Notes: generated by a model from the letters alone, not told the origin. Shown: positions 36,225 through 45,566, numbered from the stretch's first letter. The stretch is 64,000 nt of DNA from an uncultured Desulfobacteraceae bacterium (GCA_964526655.1 CAZGIZ010000002.1:3291-67290); one strand, 5' to 3'. Numbers and translations: made by a program.

Positions 36225-37166
36225 TCAATTCACGGCCTCGAGGAAGAGGTTAAGGCTTTTCACGTCCTCTACATTGAATATCTTCGGGTCACTTTCAGCG
36301 GGGATTATCTTTTTCAGGAGTCCGGTCAGGACCCTTTTGGGGCCTACCTCCACAAAGGTGTTAACTCCCTGTTCCAGCATCTTGACGATGATCTCATACC
36401 ATTTGACCGGGCTTATCAATTGACGGGCCATAATTTCTTTTATCCTGCCCGGGTCCTCCTCAGTGTCGGCCGTGGCATTGAAAAGCATGGAAGTATCAGG
36501 CCTGGAGAATGAAATATCTTCCATAAATTGCCTGAAATCATTAACCGCGTTTTTCATCAATAGGCAGTGCCAGGCGCCGCTTACCTTCAAAGGGATGCCT
36601 TTGCCCCCCTGTTCTTTTACAAGGTCAAGGGCGTAGGAGAGGGGCTTCTGTTCCCCGGTTATCACGACCTGTTCTGCCGTATTGTGGTTGGCAATGGCAA
36701 GGACTCCCCCTTTCGATGCCTGTCCAACGATGTCTTCGACGGCCTCTATGCCCATACCGAGGATAGCAGCCATTACCCCGGGATTTGACAGGGATTCCCT
36801 GTGCATCAGCTCTCCCCGCTTGTTAACCAGCCTGAGGGCGTCATAGCCCGTGATCGCTCCGGCGGAGGTCAGGGCGGCGTATTCGCCGAGGCTGTGCCCG
36901 GCGGAAAAGGAGGAGCGAACTCCGGATCTGTTCAAGGCAGCCAGGCAAAGGAGGTTGACAGCGGTAATGGCAGGCTGAAGGTTCTTAGTGAGCGTCAGCT
37001 CGTCCATGGGGCCCTCGAAACAGAGCCTGGAAATGGGTTTCCGGCAGATATCGTCCACCTGTTCAAAAATTTCTTTTCCTTCCTGGAACTCATCAGCCAT
37101 GTCCTTTCCCATACCCACTGTCTGGGAGCCCTGACCGGGGAAGAGGAAGGCGATTTTTTCAGGCAT
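36225..37166 (-). CDS. fabD: malonyl CoA-ACP transacylase
   Basis: FLFPGQGSQ.VGMG and GHSLGEYAAL. 313 aa. It is not flanked by other fab genes. Confidence 0.92.
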   Translation of the reverse strand: MPEKIAFLFPGQGSQTVGMGKDMADEFQEGKEIFEQVDDICRKPISRLCFEGPMDELTLTKNLQPAITAVNLLCLAALNRSGVRSSFSAGHSLGEYAALTSAGAITGYDALRLVNKRGELMHRESLSNPGVMAAILGMGIEAVEDIVGQASKGGVLAIANHNTAEQVVITGEQKPLSYALDLVKEQGGKGIPLKVSGAWHCLLMKNAVNDFRQFMEDISFSRPDTSMLFNATADTEEDPGRIKEIMARQLISPVKWYEIIVKMLEQGVNTFVEVGPKRVLTGLLKKIIPAESDPKIFNVEDVKSLNLFLEAVN

Positions 37167-37232
37167 AAAAACTCCTTTTTTTATATAGGACCTATTTGAC
37201 GGGAAACGTAAAAAAAGTATCTTCGCCGAACA

Positions 37233-37790
37233 TTATTGATGAGTGCTGCTCCGGGGTTCCCCCATTGCCTTGAGGAATAACTGATCAAGGGCGATATCGT
37301 AATCCCTGGATCCCGGTATCAGCGACTTGTTATGGGAAAGCTGCTGGAGGATCTTCTCTTCCGTCTTCTCAAATTTGAGATTTATTTTTGTAATAACGTT
37401 GTTCACCACCTGGTATATCTCTATATCGGTGCCATACACGTCGATAACGCTCGGGTCATTAAGCACCACTTCCAGGATGTATTGAGTGATATACAGGGAA
37501 ACGGGGTTTGGTCGCTGTACTATGCTGCGGATGGGCGCTATAAAGTATTTGAAATCAAAATCGCTTGTCTTAGGGATCTTTTTCAGTCCCCTCAACAGGA
37601 GATCCGAAAAGGCGGCGGAATTATCCGTCTCGACGATCTTTTCCATCAAAAGCGCCTGGGTGAGACTCGTGTGTATCTCGGGGAGCTTGAATCTAAAGAA
37701 CCTATCCCTCTGGAACGCCTGCTGTTTTTCCTGCCTCTCCAGCCTGTTTATAAGCTTTTCCTGGACTCTCCCGCTGTCAAAATTTTTCAT
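37233..37790 (-). CDS. hypothetical protein (185 aa)
   Basis: Well-formed ORF in an AT-rich stretch. The competing + strand ORF 37332-37943 looks compositionally spurious. Confidence 0.5.
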   Translation of the reverse strand: MKNFDSGRVQEKLINRLERQEKQQAFQRDRFFRFKLPEIHTSLTQALLMEKIVETDNSAAFSDLLLRGLKKIPKTSDFDFKYFIAPIRSIVQRPNPVSLYITQYILEVVLNDPSVIDVYGTDIEIYQVVNNVITKINLKFEKTEEKILQQLSHNKSLIPGSRDYDIALDQLFLKAMGEPRSSTHQ

Positions 37791-37804
37791 GAGCTGTTTT
37801 TCTT

Positions 37805-38131
37805 CTATTTTTTACGAGGAGTTTTTGCTTCGCTTTCAACCGAGGGTTTTTCTTTTTTGGCCGTGTCAGATGCAGCCTTTGTCTCTTTAGTGGATTCGGT
37901 TGCCTTAACGGTGTTTTCCCCTGACCCCGTTTTGCCGTCATAGCCTCCTGATTTGGAGGCATAGTCGGTTACATACCAGCCAGATCCCTTCAGGTGGAAG
38001 GTGCTCTGGGAGATGAGTTTTTTCATTTTACCTTTACATAATTTACACCTGGTAAGGGGTGGATCAGTTATCTTTTGCAATAGCTCCGTATGATTTCCAC
38101 ATTCGGTGCACTCGTATTCGTAGACAGGCAT
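37805..38131 (-). CDS. FmdB-family zinc-ribbon protein
   Basis: MPVYEYECTECG...CKLCKG (CxxC...CxxC) followed by a low-complexity tail. Confidence 0.8.
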   Translation of the reverse strand: MPVYEYECTECGNHTELLQKITDPPLTRCKLCKGKMKKLISQSTFHLKGSGWYVTDYASKSGGYDGKTGSGENTVKATESTKETKAASDTAKKEKPSVESEAKTPRKK

Positions 38132-38158
38132 TTAAATCACCTCACACAAAATTTGGTC

Positions 38159-38689
38159 TTAAGCAACAGCCAGGTCACAGACCCTGTGTCCCTGGTATGA
38201 TTCGAGGATATAATCCATCCGCGGCAATGTGATGTCCTTCAAGATATCATAGGTGGTAGCGTGTACCAGCCTCTCTTCGCTTTCCTTGCCTTTTCCGGAA
38301 ATATCATATCTCTGATGAAAATTGCAAAACCTTACTATATGAATCAATTCATGGGTAAAGATATACACAAGAAGCGATAGAAAAATAAGATTTTTGTCCC
38401 TTAGAAGGGCGTTAAGTATATGATGATCCTGGAGACAGATGAAATAGAAATCCTCATTTTTTGTCCGGTTTTCATATCCGGAAATCTCACTTGAATATCT
38501 GTTCAAGAGGGCGAACCCATAGGAGCTTATCTCGTCTTTATTCAGGGATTTCAAAGTCTTAACATCATACCTGTGTCTCTTCCATTGCTCAAAGGAGAAC
38601 TTATAATAATCCCCCGTTTTATCTTCCGCGATTTCAAGGGCTTCGCTGATGATCCCAAAATTGCTATCTTCAAAAGACGTATAGAGCAT
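38159..38689 (-). CDS. hypothetical protein with HExxH motif (putative small zinc metallopeptidase-like)
   Basis: FTHELIHIVRF contains HELIH. 176 aa. It lies directly downstream of the tRNA. Confidence 0.45.
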   Translation of the reverse strand: MLYTSFEDSNFGIISEALEIAEDKTGDYYKFSFEQWKRHRYDVKTLKSLNKDEISSYGFALLNRYSSEISGYENRTKNEDFYFICLQDHHILNALLRDKNLIFLSLLVYIFTHELIHIVRFCNFHQRYDISGKGKESEERLVHATTYDILKDITLPRMDYILESYQGHRVCDLAVA

Positions 38690-38765
38690 CCAGGTGCCCC
38701 CTTACGATATTATTACCAGTGAAGATAAAACCAATTAAAAGAATGTCAATACGTTAGGTCTTCTG

Positions 38766-38841
38766 TTGGTGGCGGTGACTGGATTTGAACCAGTGACTCT
38801 GCGGATATGAGCCGCATGCTCTGACCACTGAGCTACACCGC
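38766..38841 (-). tRNA. tRNA with CAT anticodon (elongator Met, or Ile2 if lysidine-modified); CCA encoded
   Basis: The reverse complement folds as a cloverleaf: acceptor GGCGGTG/CACCGCC, D arm GCTC-AGTGGTCA-GAGC, anticodon arm TGCGG-CTCATAT-CCGCA, T arm ACTGG-TTCAAAT-CCAGT, 3' ACCA. There is no C1-A72 mismatch, so it is not an initiator. Confidence 0.9.
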
Positions 38842-38853
38842 CAATAAACTTTC

Positions 38854-38881
38854 TAATTTATAAAAAAATTGTCTTTTGTCA
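38854..38881 (-). promoter_or_regulatory. sigma70-type promoter candidate for the tRNA(CAT) gene
   Basis: Minus strand TTGACA (38881-38876), 16 nt, TAAATT (38859-38854). The mature tRNA 5' end at 38841 lies about 13 nt downstream of the -10. Confidence 0.5.
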
Positions 38882-38897
38882 ATCAAATAATCACTTT

Positions 38898-39075
38898 CCT
38901 GATCCACCATCAAGATGTCATCTCCCCGTCAAGCCGGGATCTATGGAGCGGCGCCCCCGCTCTTCAGCGGGATTTCGCAGGCTCAACTTGCAGGCATCAC
39001 CTTGCTGGTGCCCAGGGTTATACCAAAATCCATCGCCATTACTATCGAAATTGTAATTTGATGGTGGATTTTGGC
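38898..39075 (+). repeat. MITE-like interspersed repeat, copy C (full length with terminal inverted repeats)
   Basis: 38898-39031 matches the reverse complement of copy A at 130/134. ATCCACCATCAA (38902-38913) is the exact inverse of TTGATGGTGGAT (39058-39069). Confidence 0.9.
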
Positions 39076-39102
39076 TGTCCCCTTATACCTGGGGATCTTG
39101 CT

Positions 39103-41112
39103 TCAGACCTTCAACCCAGTAAAAAAACCCTCTTTTATGGCCTCGAGGGCATTTCGCGGCTCCCTGGCATCGCCGATGATATGAGTTTCTATTCCCATGC
39201 CCTTGATCTCTCTTTCGATCGTTTTTTCCGGTTTTGATCCCGCCGCGATTACAATGGAATCCGCTGGCAACAGCCTGCGGCCTTCCCCCTTTTCAATCTC
39301 CAAGCCGTCCATCTTGATCTCGACGGCCCTGGCGCCTGTGAAAATCTTTACCCCCAACCGTTTCAGTTCCCCCATGATCGTCCATCGGGTAGAGCCACCG
39401 ATATCGCCTCCGACTCTATTAAGCATCTCCACGACGGTGACCTCCTTGTTTCCGTGATTAATCAATGTCTCCAGGGTTTCCCATGTCTCGGCCCTGTTGG
39501 CGGCTAAAAAGTGCAGGACCCCGGGAGAGATGGTCCCCTGAGAGGCAAGGTATAGAGCTGTCTCCAATCCCACGGCGTTTCCCCCAACAATGATAACCCT
39601 CTCTCCAACCCTGACATTCCCGGCCAGCAGTTCCCAGGCCATTACCACCCTTGTGTCCTCTATCCCCACTATATCGGGTAATAACTGCCTTGCCCCCGCT
39701 GCAATTATAACGACATCGGGCGCTACCTTTTTGACGAAAGGGGCGTCCACTTCCCTGTTGAGAAAGATATCAACATCAAGGGAATTCAAATTTTTAGAGA
39801 GGTCAACTGCCGCTGAGACTATCTCGAATCTGCCGGGGATGTCTCTGTTTAGAAGCAATTGTCCGCCAAGTTGGTCACTCCTCTCAGCCAGGACCACCTC
39901 ATGCCCGCGTTCCGCAGCCGCGCACGCGGACTTCATCCCGGCCACCCCTCCCCCTATAATGAGGACCTTTTTTGCCTTTCCGGCGGGTATTATTTCCGTG
40001 TCTCTTTCCATGCCCGCCCTCGGGTTTACCAGACAGGTGACAGGCTGGCGCAGAAATATCCTGTCAAAACATCCCTGATTACAGGCCACACAGTGGTAGA
40101 TCAGGCCGGTCTTCCCATTCTTTGACTTGTTGGGGAGGTCTGGATCAGCGATAAGGGCCCTGGCCATAGTAACAAGGTCCGCCTCCCCATTCCTTAATAT
40201 CTCTTCACCGACATGGGGATCATTGATCCGGTTGCTGGCAAGTACAGGGACAGACACGGCGGACTTGACGCCCTGGGCGAGGTATACAAAGGCCCTGCGT
40301 GGAACGGACATGGTCAACTGCGGAACCCGTGTCTCATGCCAACCCCCGGTGATGTCAAAAAGGTCTATACCCGCCTTTTCCAGCCTGGAGGCAAAAATTG
40401 CCGCCTCTTGATTGCTGTTTCCCCCCTTCATAAAGTCATTGCCCGCCAGACGCATAAAGACGGGAAAATCGTCTCCGACCGCATTACGCACCTTTTCAGC
40501 CACTTCCAGACCGAAGAGCATCCTATTATCCAAGGAACCGCCATACTTATCATCACGGAGATTGGTCAGGGGAGAAAGGAACTGGCTGATAAGGTAGCCG
40601 GCGCTGCCAAGGATTTCCACGGCGTCAAAACCGGATCTCTTTGCCCTTAAAGCCGCCTCCGCGAAACTGCCCTGGACCTTGGGGATCTCTTCCAGGTCAA
40701 GAGCCCTTGGTGTCTCACCCGTGAATGTTGATCGCACAGCGGATGCGGAAAAGGGCCTTTTGCCTCCAATCATGGAGGAATGCACATAGCGTCCTGCCTG
40801 ATAGAGCTGTGCAGCGATCTTTGCGCCTCCATTCCGGACCGCTCCTGTCAATTTTTTGAGTCCAGGGATATAGCGGTCTTCGTCGATGCGTACCATGCCC
40901 GCCATACTGCCCTGATCATCGATGGGGCAGCCCCCAACAATAATCATCCCGACTCCCCCTTTTGCCCTTGTTTCATAAAAATCCACCAGCCGGTCCGTCA
41001 CGTTTCCCTCCGGCGTGTAACCAAGGTGCATGGCCGTCATTACAATCCGGTTTTTCAACTCCATATCTTTTATCTTTATTGGTGAGAACAGGCAGGGGAA
41101 TTCCATATCCAT
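39103..41112 (-). CDS. Old Yellow Enzyme-family FMN/[4Fe-4S]/FAD oxidoreductase (2,4-dienoyl-CoA reductase-like; candidate dienoyl-/aryl-CoA-acting enzyme)
   Basis: N-terminal OYE TIM barrel (LKNRIVMTAMH), CVACNQGC Fe-S motif, C-terminal Rossmann folds (VLIIGGGVAGM, VIIVGGNAVG). The start is placed at MDMEF after AAGGAG. The ORF extends to 41124. Confidence 0.8.
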   Translation of the reverse strand: MDMEFPCLFSPIKIKDMELKNRIVMTAMHLGYTPEGNVTDRLVDFYETRAKGGVGMIIVGGCPIDDQGSMAGMVRIDEDRYIPGLKKLTGAVRNGGAKIAAQLYQAGRYVHSSMIGGKRPFSASAVRSTFTGETPRALDLEEIPKVQGSFAEAALRAKRSGFDAVEILGSAGYLISQFLSPLTNLRDDKYGGSLDNRMLFGLEVAEKVRNAVGDDFPVFMRLAGNDFMKGGNSNQEAAIFASRLEKAGIDLFDITGGWHETRVPQLTMSVPRRAFVYLAQGVKSAVSVPVLASNRINDPHVGEEILRNGEADLVTMARALIADPDLPNKSKNGKTGLIYHCVACNQGCFDRIFLRQPVTCLVNPRAGMERDTEIIPAGKAKKVLIIGGGVAGMKSACAAAERGHEVVLAERSDQLGGQLLLNRDIPGRFEIVSAAVDLSKNLNSLDVDIFLNREVDAPFVKKVAPDVVIIAAGARQLLPDIVGIEDTRVVMAWELLAGNVRVGERVIIVGGNAVGLETALYLASQGTISPGVLHFLAANRAETWETLETLINHGNKEVTVVEMLNRVGGDIGGSTRWTIMGELKRLGVKIFTGARAVEIKMDGLEIEKGEGRRLLPADSIVIAAGSKPEKTIEREIKGMGIETHIIGDAREPRNALEAIKEGFFTGLKV

Positions 41113-41333
41113 TATCTCCTTCATTTAAAGATTTTCCTGGTTGAAAAGCGTTATTCGATGATTTTATAGCTGCAAACATGGGATTGTTCAAGCAATTCTG
41201 TCATGCAAATATGGATAGTATTGATATATTCTTTTTTTTATCATAAAAGTTAAAGGGCGGCCATGTATTGTCCAATAGCCCGGGTATCAGGTGAGTTGGC
41301 TAAATCTCCTTACGACAAAGGGTGGTAGAAAAA

Positions 41334-41987
41334 ATGAAAAGATATTCCTTTATTTTGGCCATTGCTGCCGGATTATGCATTATAAGCCAACCGGTCTGGG
41401 CCTCAAAGGCCTTTGTAACGGATAATTTTCGGATAAGCCTCCGCAGGGGACCGAGCATTGAGAATAAGATACTCAAATTCCTCCCTTCAGGTCTCCCTGT
41501 TGAAGTCCTGGAGTCTGAAGAGGGATGGAGCCGGGTCCGTCCCCTGGAGCCTGATGAGGCCAATCTGGAAGGCTGGGTATTGAGCCGTTATCTGATTGTG
41601 CGCCTCCCCTGGAAGGAACAGGCTGAATCATTGAAAAAAGATAACGATCGTCTCACAGAGGAACTTGCGAGCACGAAAAACAAGCTGAAGGATGCTATTC
41701 AAAAGGAGCAGATCCTCTCTTCGGAAGTAAAGAGATATACCGATATCCTTGGAAAGTCCCAGGCTGAATTTAATGCCCTTAAAAAGGACGCCTCAAATTA
41801 TCTGGACCTCAAGGCTGACTATGAGATGCTCAAGAAGGATACTAAGAGATTGGAAAAGGAGAACGAGGCATTGAGGACATCCCAGAGAAATCAATGGTTT
41901 GCCACAGGGGCACTGATATTACTCTGCGGCCTAATGATCGGTCTCCTTTTCGGGAAACAGGAAAAAAAACGAAAAGGCTATTATTGA
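41334..41987 (+). CDS. SH3-domain membrane-anchored protein (YgiM/TIGR04211-like)
   Basis: Signal peptide, bacterial SH3 region (RISLRRGPS...GWSRVR...EGWVLSRYL), coiled coil and a C-terminal TM anchor. Confidence 0.7.
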   Translation: MKRYSFILAIAAGLCIISQPVWASKAFVTDNFRISLRRGPSIENKILKFLPSGLPVEVLESEEGWSRVRPLEPDEANLEGWVLSRYLIVRLPWKEQAESLKKDNDRLTEELASTKNKLKDAIQKEQILSSEVKRYTDILGKSQAEFNALKKDASNYLDLKADYEMLKKDTKRLEKENEALRTSQRNQWFATGALILLCGLMIGLLFGKQEKKRKGYY

Positions 41988-42051
41988 TTTATCTTTTACT
42001 GATATCTAAACAAGATAACTTTAATGTACTAACCTGCAACAATCCTTGGAG

Positions 42052-42142
42052 TACCAAGAAGTCAGAAGAAAGGAGCCAGAAGTCAGAAAAACAACCGAAC
42101 ATAATGGCAATTTTATCATTTTTTCTTCTGGCTTCTGGCTAC
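42052..42142. repeat. oligo-repeat hairpin between convergent genes
   Basis: CCAGAAGTCAGAA (42076-42088) pairs with TTCTGGCTTCTGG (42126-42138) over 13 bp, including one U-G on the + strand. It is preceded by a direct AGAAGTCAGAAGAAAGG repeat. Confidence 0.7.
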
Positions 42143-42172
42143 TGGATCCTTAATATTTTCTGTTCTTTTCTC

Positions 42173-42940
42173 TTACTCATTCTTCCACTCAGGCTTGCGC
42201 TTTTCTAAGAAAGCCTTTAATCCCTCCTGGGCGTCATGGCTCTTCATGAGCTGATCAAGATAGATATCCTCAATCAGTTTCAATGAAGGCTCCAGGTCAT
42301 CCCTCAATCCGGACATCATGGCCTTTTTTGTCAGTCTCAGCACAGCCGAACTCATACCCAGATATGGCCCTATAAAGGTCTCGGTCTCCTTCTCTAATTC
42401 CTCAGACTTGACCACCTTGTTTATGAGCCCCATCTTAAGTGCCTCATCACCTGAAATAATTTTTCCCGAGAATATAAGCTCGGCCGCGGCCTTGCGACCG
42501 ATGATCCGGGGCATGATCTGTGCCGCTATGGGCGGAAATACGCCGACCAGGATTTCGGGCTGTCCGAATTTGGCGCTGTCAGAGGCCACAACCAGGTCGC
42601 AAAAAATGGCCAGCTCGCAGCCCCCGCCGAGGCAAGAACCATACACCGAGGCCACGGTCAGGGCGCCGAGTTTATCCATACGGCGGAAGATGCCGTGAAA
42701 GACATCGATCATTTTCGGGGCCAGGTCTCCCATATGCTCGCCCACATCCACCCCGGCGGAGAAGCACTTCCCCTTGGCCTTAAAAAGCACGGCTTTCAGG
42801 TCCCTGTTGCCCTGCCACGAATCGAGGGCCTTGTTGATCTCCTCCATCATGGCGATGTTCAGGATGTTGACAGGGGGTCTATTCAAGGTGATGCTTCCCA
42901 GTCCCTTTTCAAGGGTGACTTCGATATGTTCATAGGCCAT
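42173..42940 (-). CDS. dch: enoyl-CoA hydratase/crotonase family; by context cyclohexa-1,5-diene-1-carbonyl-CoA hydratase (Dch/BamR-like)
   Basis: Crotonase fold (FSAGVDV, GGGCELA). 255 aa. It is the last gene of the had-oah-dch string. AAGGAG RBS. Confidence 0.7.
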   Translation of the reverse strand: MAYEHIEVTLEKGLGSITLNRPPVNILNIAMMEEINKALDSWQGNRDLKAVLFKAKGKCFSAGVDVGEHMGDLAPKMIDVFHGIFRRMDKLGALTVASVYGSCLGGGCELAIFCDLVVASDSAKFGQPEILVGVFPPIAAQIMPRIIGRKAAAELIFSGKIISGDEALKMGLINKVVKSEELEKETETFIGPYLGMSSAVLRLTKKAMMSGLRDDLEPSLKLIEDIYLDQLMKSHDAQEGLKAFLEKRKPEWKNE

Positions 42941-43141
42941 GGTGATAGACTCCTTTCTTCTTTGATTACCCCATTATGCCAATTAATGACCATGCAGCCC
43001 CGCAGACGGTATCCGGGACAAAACGGGATTTCTGTTTCCCTATAACAATCCGCAGGGTTTTTTGGCGAAGGCGAATTAAAAAGGCAGGCGGGCCTTTCAA
43101 CCCTGCCTGCCATAATAATAACATGATTTAATTCGTTAATG

Positions 43142-44278
43142 CTACTCTTTCGGTTTGCCCAGTACCTCGGCAAACATTCCTTCGTCCCAGCTCCTGCTAT
43201 CCGCGATATTCTGACGGAACTTGATAAAGTCTATGGTATCCTGGCCAGTAATCTTCTTTGTGTTGAAGGCGGCAAAGCCCAGGAAGGCCTCTCCCGCCAT
43301 ATTTGCGGCCAGCCAATGCCTGTGGGCATTCTTCATGGTATCCCAGAAGAATTTCTTCTTCTGCCTGATGCTGTCGATTGATTCGATGAGACAGCCGGGA
43401 AACAGGTTGGCGAAGGTCCAGACTATCTTATTGACTTCCTTGTCCAGCAGCTCGAAATCGGCGTTTTCCTGGTGTTCCTTTACAAAGGCCCGGGCCTCTT
43501 TGGCCTCATCGCCAGTCTTGTATTCGCCGTAGACAATCTCACCGTCCTGGACGTATTTCTCAGTAATGATCATTGGATTGCGGACCCATTTGCCATCAAC
43601 CTTCAAGACCGGGACCACCTTGCTGATAAGGTTTTTTGCCTTCATCTTGTAGGCTGACCACATCTCGCAGGAGACGCAGTTCCACATGGCGTCCTCAGCG
43701 CTGAGGTACCATGGGAGGAAGTCAGAGGCACCTCCTACCGGCGCGGAGCCGTGCCTTGGACCGGCCTGTCCGAAGATTGCGAGGTCGGAAGCTATGGCAA
43801 GATCACATGCCATACCGATCTCCTGACCCCCGGCCACCCTCATGCCGTTGACCCTGCAGATAACCGGCTTCTTGCACATGAGGATGGAATCCACCATACC
43901 GTTAAAAAGCTCCATGTACTGGCCATACTCATCCGGCCTGCTGCTGTAATATTCGCTGTATTCCTTGGTATTACCGCCGGTGCAGAAGGCGTATGGTCCT
44001 GTGCCTGTAAAGACAACCGCCACGACACTCCTGTCAAGGGATGAATTTTGAAAACCGGCAATCACGCCCTTGACCATTTCCGTTGTATAGGAATTATACT
44101 GACGCGGGTTGTTTAATCGAATCCATGCGGTATACAGCCCTTCCACCACATTCCCCGCAGAATCTTTAATAGGTCTTTTTTCATAGACCACGGTGGGGGC
44201 CTCTTTTCCCCAATGTATGTCAGTGTGTAAAAGATGATCCTTTTTCCCATTGTCTCTCGGAATCCACTCTAAAGCCAT
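43142..44278 (-). CDS. bamA: 6-oxocyclohex-1-ene-1-carbonyl-CoA hydrolase (ring-cleaving; Oah/BamA)
   Basis: 378-aa crotonase-superfamily protein of the long Oah type (VVFTGTGPYAFCTGGN, RVAGGGQEIGMACDL, extended C-terminus), adjacent to the Zn-ADH Had. AGGAGG RBS. Confidence 0.8.
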   Translation of the reverse strand: MALEWIPRDNGKKDHLLHTDIHWGKEAPTVVYEKRPIKDSAGNVVEGLYTAWIRLNNPRQYNSYTTEMVKGVIAGFQNSSLDRSVVAVVFTGTGPYAFCTGGNTKEYSEYYSSRPDEYGQYMELFNGMVDSILMCKKPVICRVNGMRVAGGQEIGMACDLAIASDLAIFGQAGPRHGSAPVGGASDFLPWYLSAEDAMWNCVSCEMWSAYKMKAKNLISKVVPVLKVDGKWVRNPMIITEKYVQDGEIVYGEYKTGDEAKEARAFVKEHQENADFELLDKEVNKIVWTFANLFPGCLIESIDSIRQKKKFFWDTMKNAHRHWLAANMAGEAFLGFAAFNTKKITGQDTIDFIKFRQNIADSRSWDEGMFAEVLGKPKE

Positions 44279-44315
44279 AATATTATCCTCCTTTTTATTT
44301 CATTTCTTCTAAATT

Positions 44316-45422
44316 TTAAAAATCGGGCGTCAGGACAATCCTCTTCATGGGAGGTGTCCTGTGGGCCTCGGCAAATGTCTCCGCGATAGTGCTCATCGGC
44401 CTTGTCTCCACGAACTCTTTCATATTGATCTTCCCGCTGAGGACCATATCCAGTACAATAGGGTAGTACTCCGGAAGGCATCCCCATGTGCCGATTATCT
44501 CCGCGTCAAATGCCATAAGCCGTCCGATGGCGTATTCCGTCGTCTGAAGCCCGAATCCCACCACGATCAATTTACCTGTAAAACTCAGGATCGTCAACGC
44601 GATCTCCTGACCGGCCTTGACTCCTGTAACCTCAAATATCTTCCAGCCTGTGTTGGGGAATCCGTTCTCCTTGCAGATACCCCTGAACTCCTTGGATACG
44701 GTCTTCGCGTCTTTATCCGTTGAATTGATGACAAAATCGGCGCCAAAATTAAGGGCCCTTTCAAGCTTTTCCTGATTCCGGGCGATGCCGATCACTGTTT
44801 TGGCGCCAAGTGCCTTTGCGGTCTGCCCCACATATTGCCCGACGCCGCCCGTTATTCCCACTACGACGACATTGTCTCCAGGCTGCAAATCGGCCCTCTT
44901 GGCCGCCTGATATGGGGTTGTAGCCGCGTCCGCAACCACGGCAAGATTTGAGAGGGGAATATCGCCACGGCCTTTCACCTCGCACAGATCCACGCTCGGC
45001 ACTGGAATATGACTGGAAAAGCCACCATATATCCCTGTGCTGTTGCCCGGCATCTTTTGATTAAGGCACCGGTTGCCCCTCCCAGTCTTACAGAGGATAC
45101 ATTTCCGGCAGGGCATGACCGCGGGTATTATCACTTCTTTACCTATCCATGCCTCATCCCCGGCCACAACCGTTCCAGATATCTCGTGGCCCAAGGTAAG
45201 GGGAGGTTTCGAAACAGTGGGAACCCCGTCATAGAAGTATCCCAGGTCCGTGTGGCAAACCCCGCATCCGGCGACTTCAACGAGGACTTCATCGGGTTTA
45301 AGCTCGGGGACGGGGATCTCGGTCTTTTCAAGCTTGCCGGGCGTGGATTCTTTGGTCTCTTTGTTGAACGTTGTGGGCTGTACCATTTGCCAAGTTGATA
45401 TTTTGTCAGGTATGGTTGCCAT
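44316..45422 (-). CDS. had: zinc-dependent alcohol dehydrogenase family; by context 6-hydroxycyclohex-1-ene-1-carbonyl-CoA dehydrogenase (Had)
   Basis: GCGVCHTDL zinc motif and GITGGVGQY Rossmann fold. 368 aa. It lies immediately upstream of oah. Confidence 0.75.
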   Translation of the reverse strand: MATIPDKISTWQMVQPTTFNKETKESTPGKLEKTEIPVPELKPDEVLVEVAGCGVCHTDLGYFYDGVPTVSKPPLTLGHEISGTVVAGDEAWIGKEVIIPAVMPCRKCILCKTGRGNRCLNQKMPGNSTGIYGGFSSHIPVPSVDLCEVKGRGDIPLSNLAVVADAATTPYQAAKRADLQPGDNVVVVGITGGVGQYVGQTAKALGAKTVIGIARNQEKLERALNFGADFVINSTDKDAKTVSKEFRGICKENGFPNTGWKIFEVTGVKAGQEIALTILSFTGKLIVVGFGLQTTEYAIGRLMAFDAEIIGTWGCLPEYYPIVLDMVLSGKINMKEFVETRPMSTIAETFAEAHRTPPMKRIVLTPDF

Positions 45423-45566
45423 CTTATTCCTCCTTCAGATAGGGTTAATAACGTTGTCAAATACCTTCCGAATGCCCGGCGATTGAGAAAGGCCTGAGAT
45501 TTTCCCAAGGATCAATTCAGGCATTCAGACTGAAATCATAATTCTAAATAATACCATGAAAAGGCG

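Noticed and set aside
37332-37943. 203-aa + strand ORF overlapping two minus-strand genes
   Set aside because: It overlaps the clearly recognisable FmdB zinc-ribbon gene and a well-formed 185-aa ORF on the other strand. Its product is F/L-rich with no motif.
39197-41085. Several + strand ORFs (60-162 aa) inside the OYE gene, and similar antisense ORFs inside the FecR gene (6040-6749), trpB (22954-23543) and the K+ channel gene (46815-47720)
   Set aside because: Each lies antisense to a long, motif-bearing CDS and has S/P/R-rich or low-complexity composition. None has an RBS.
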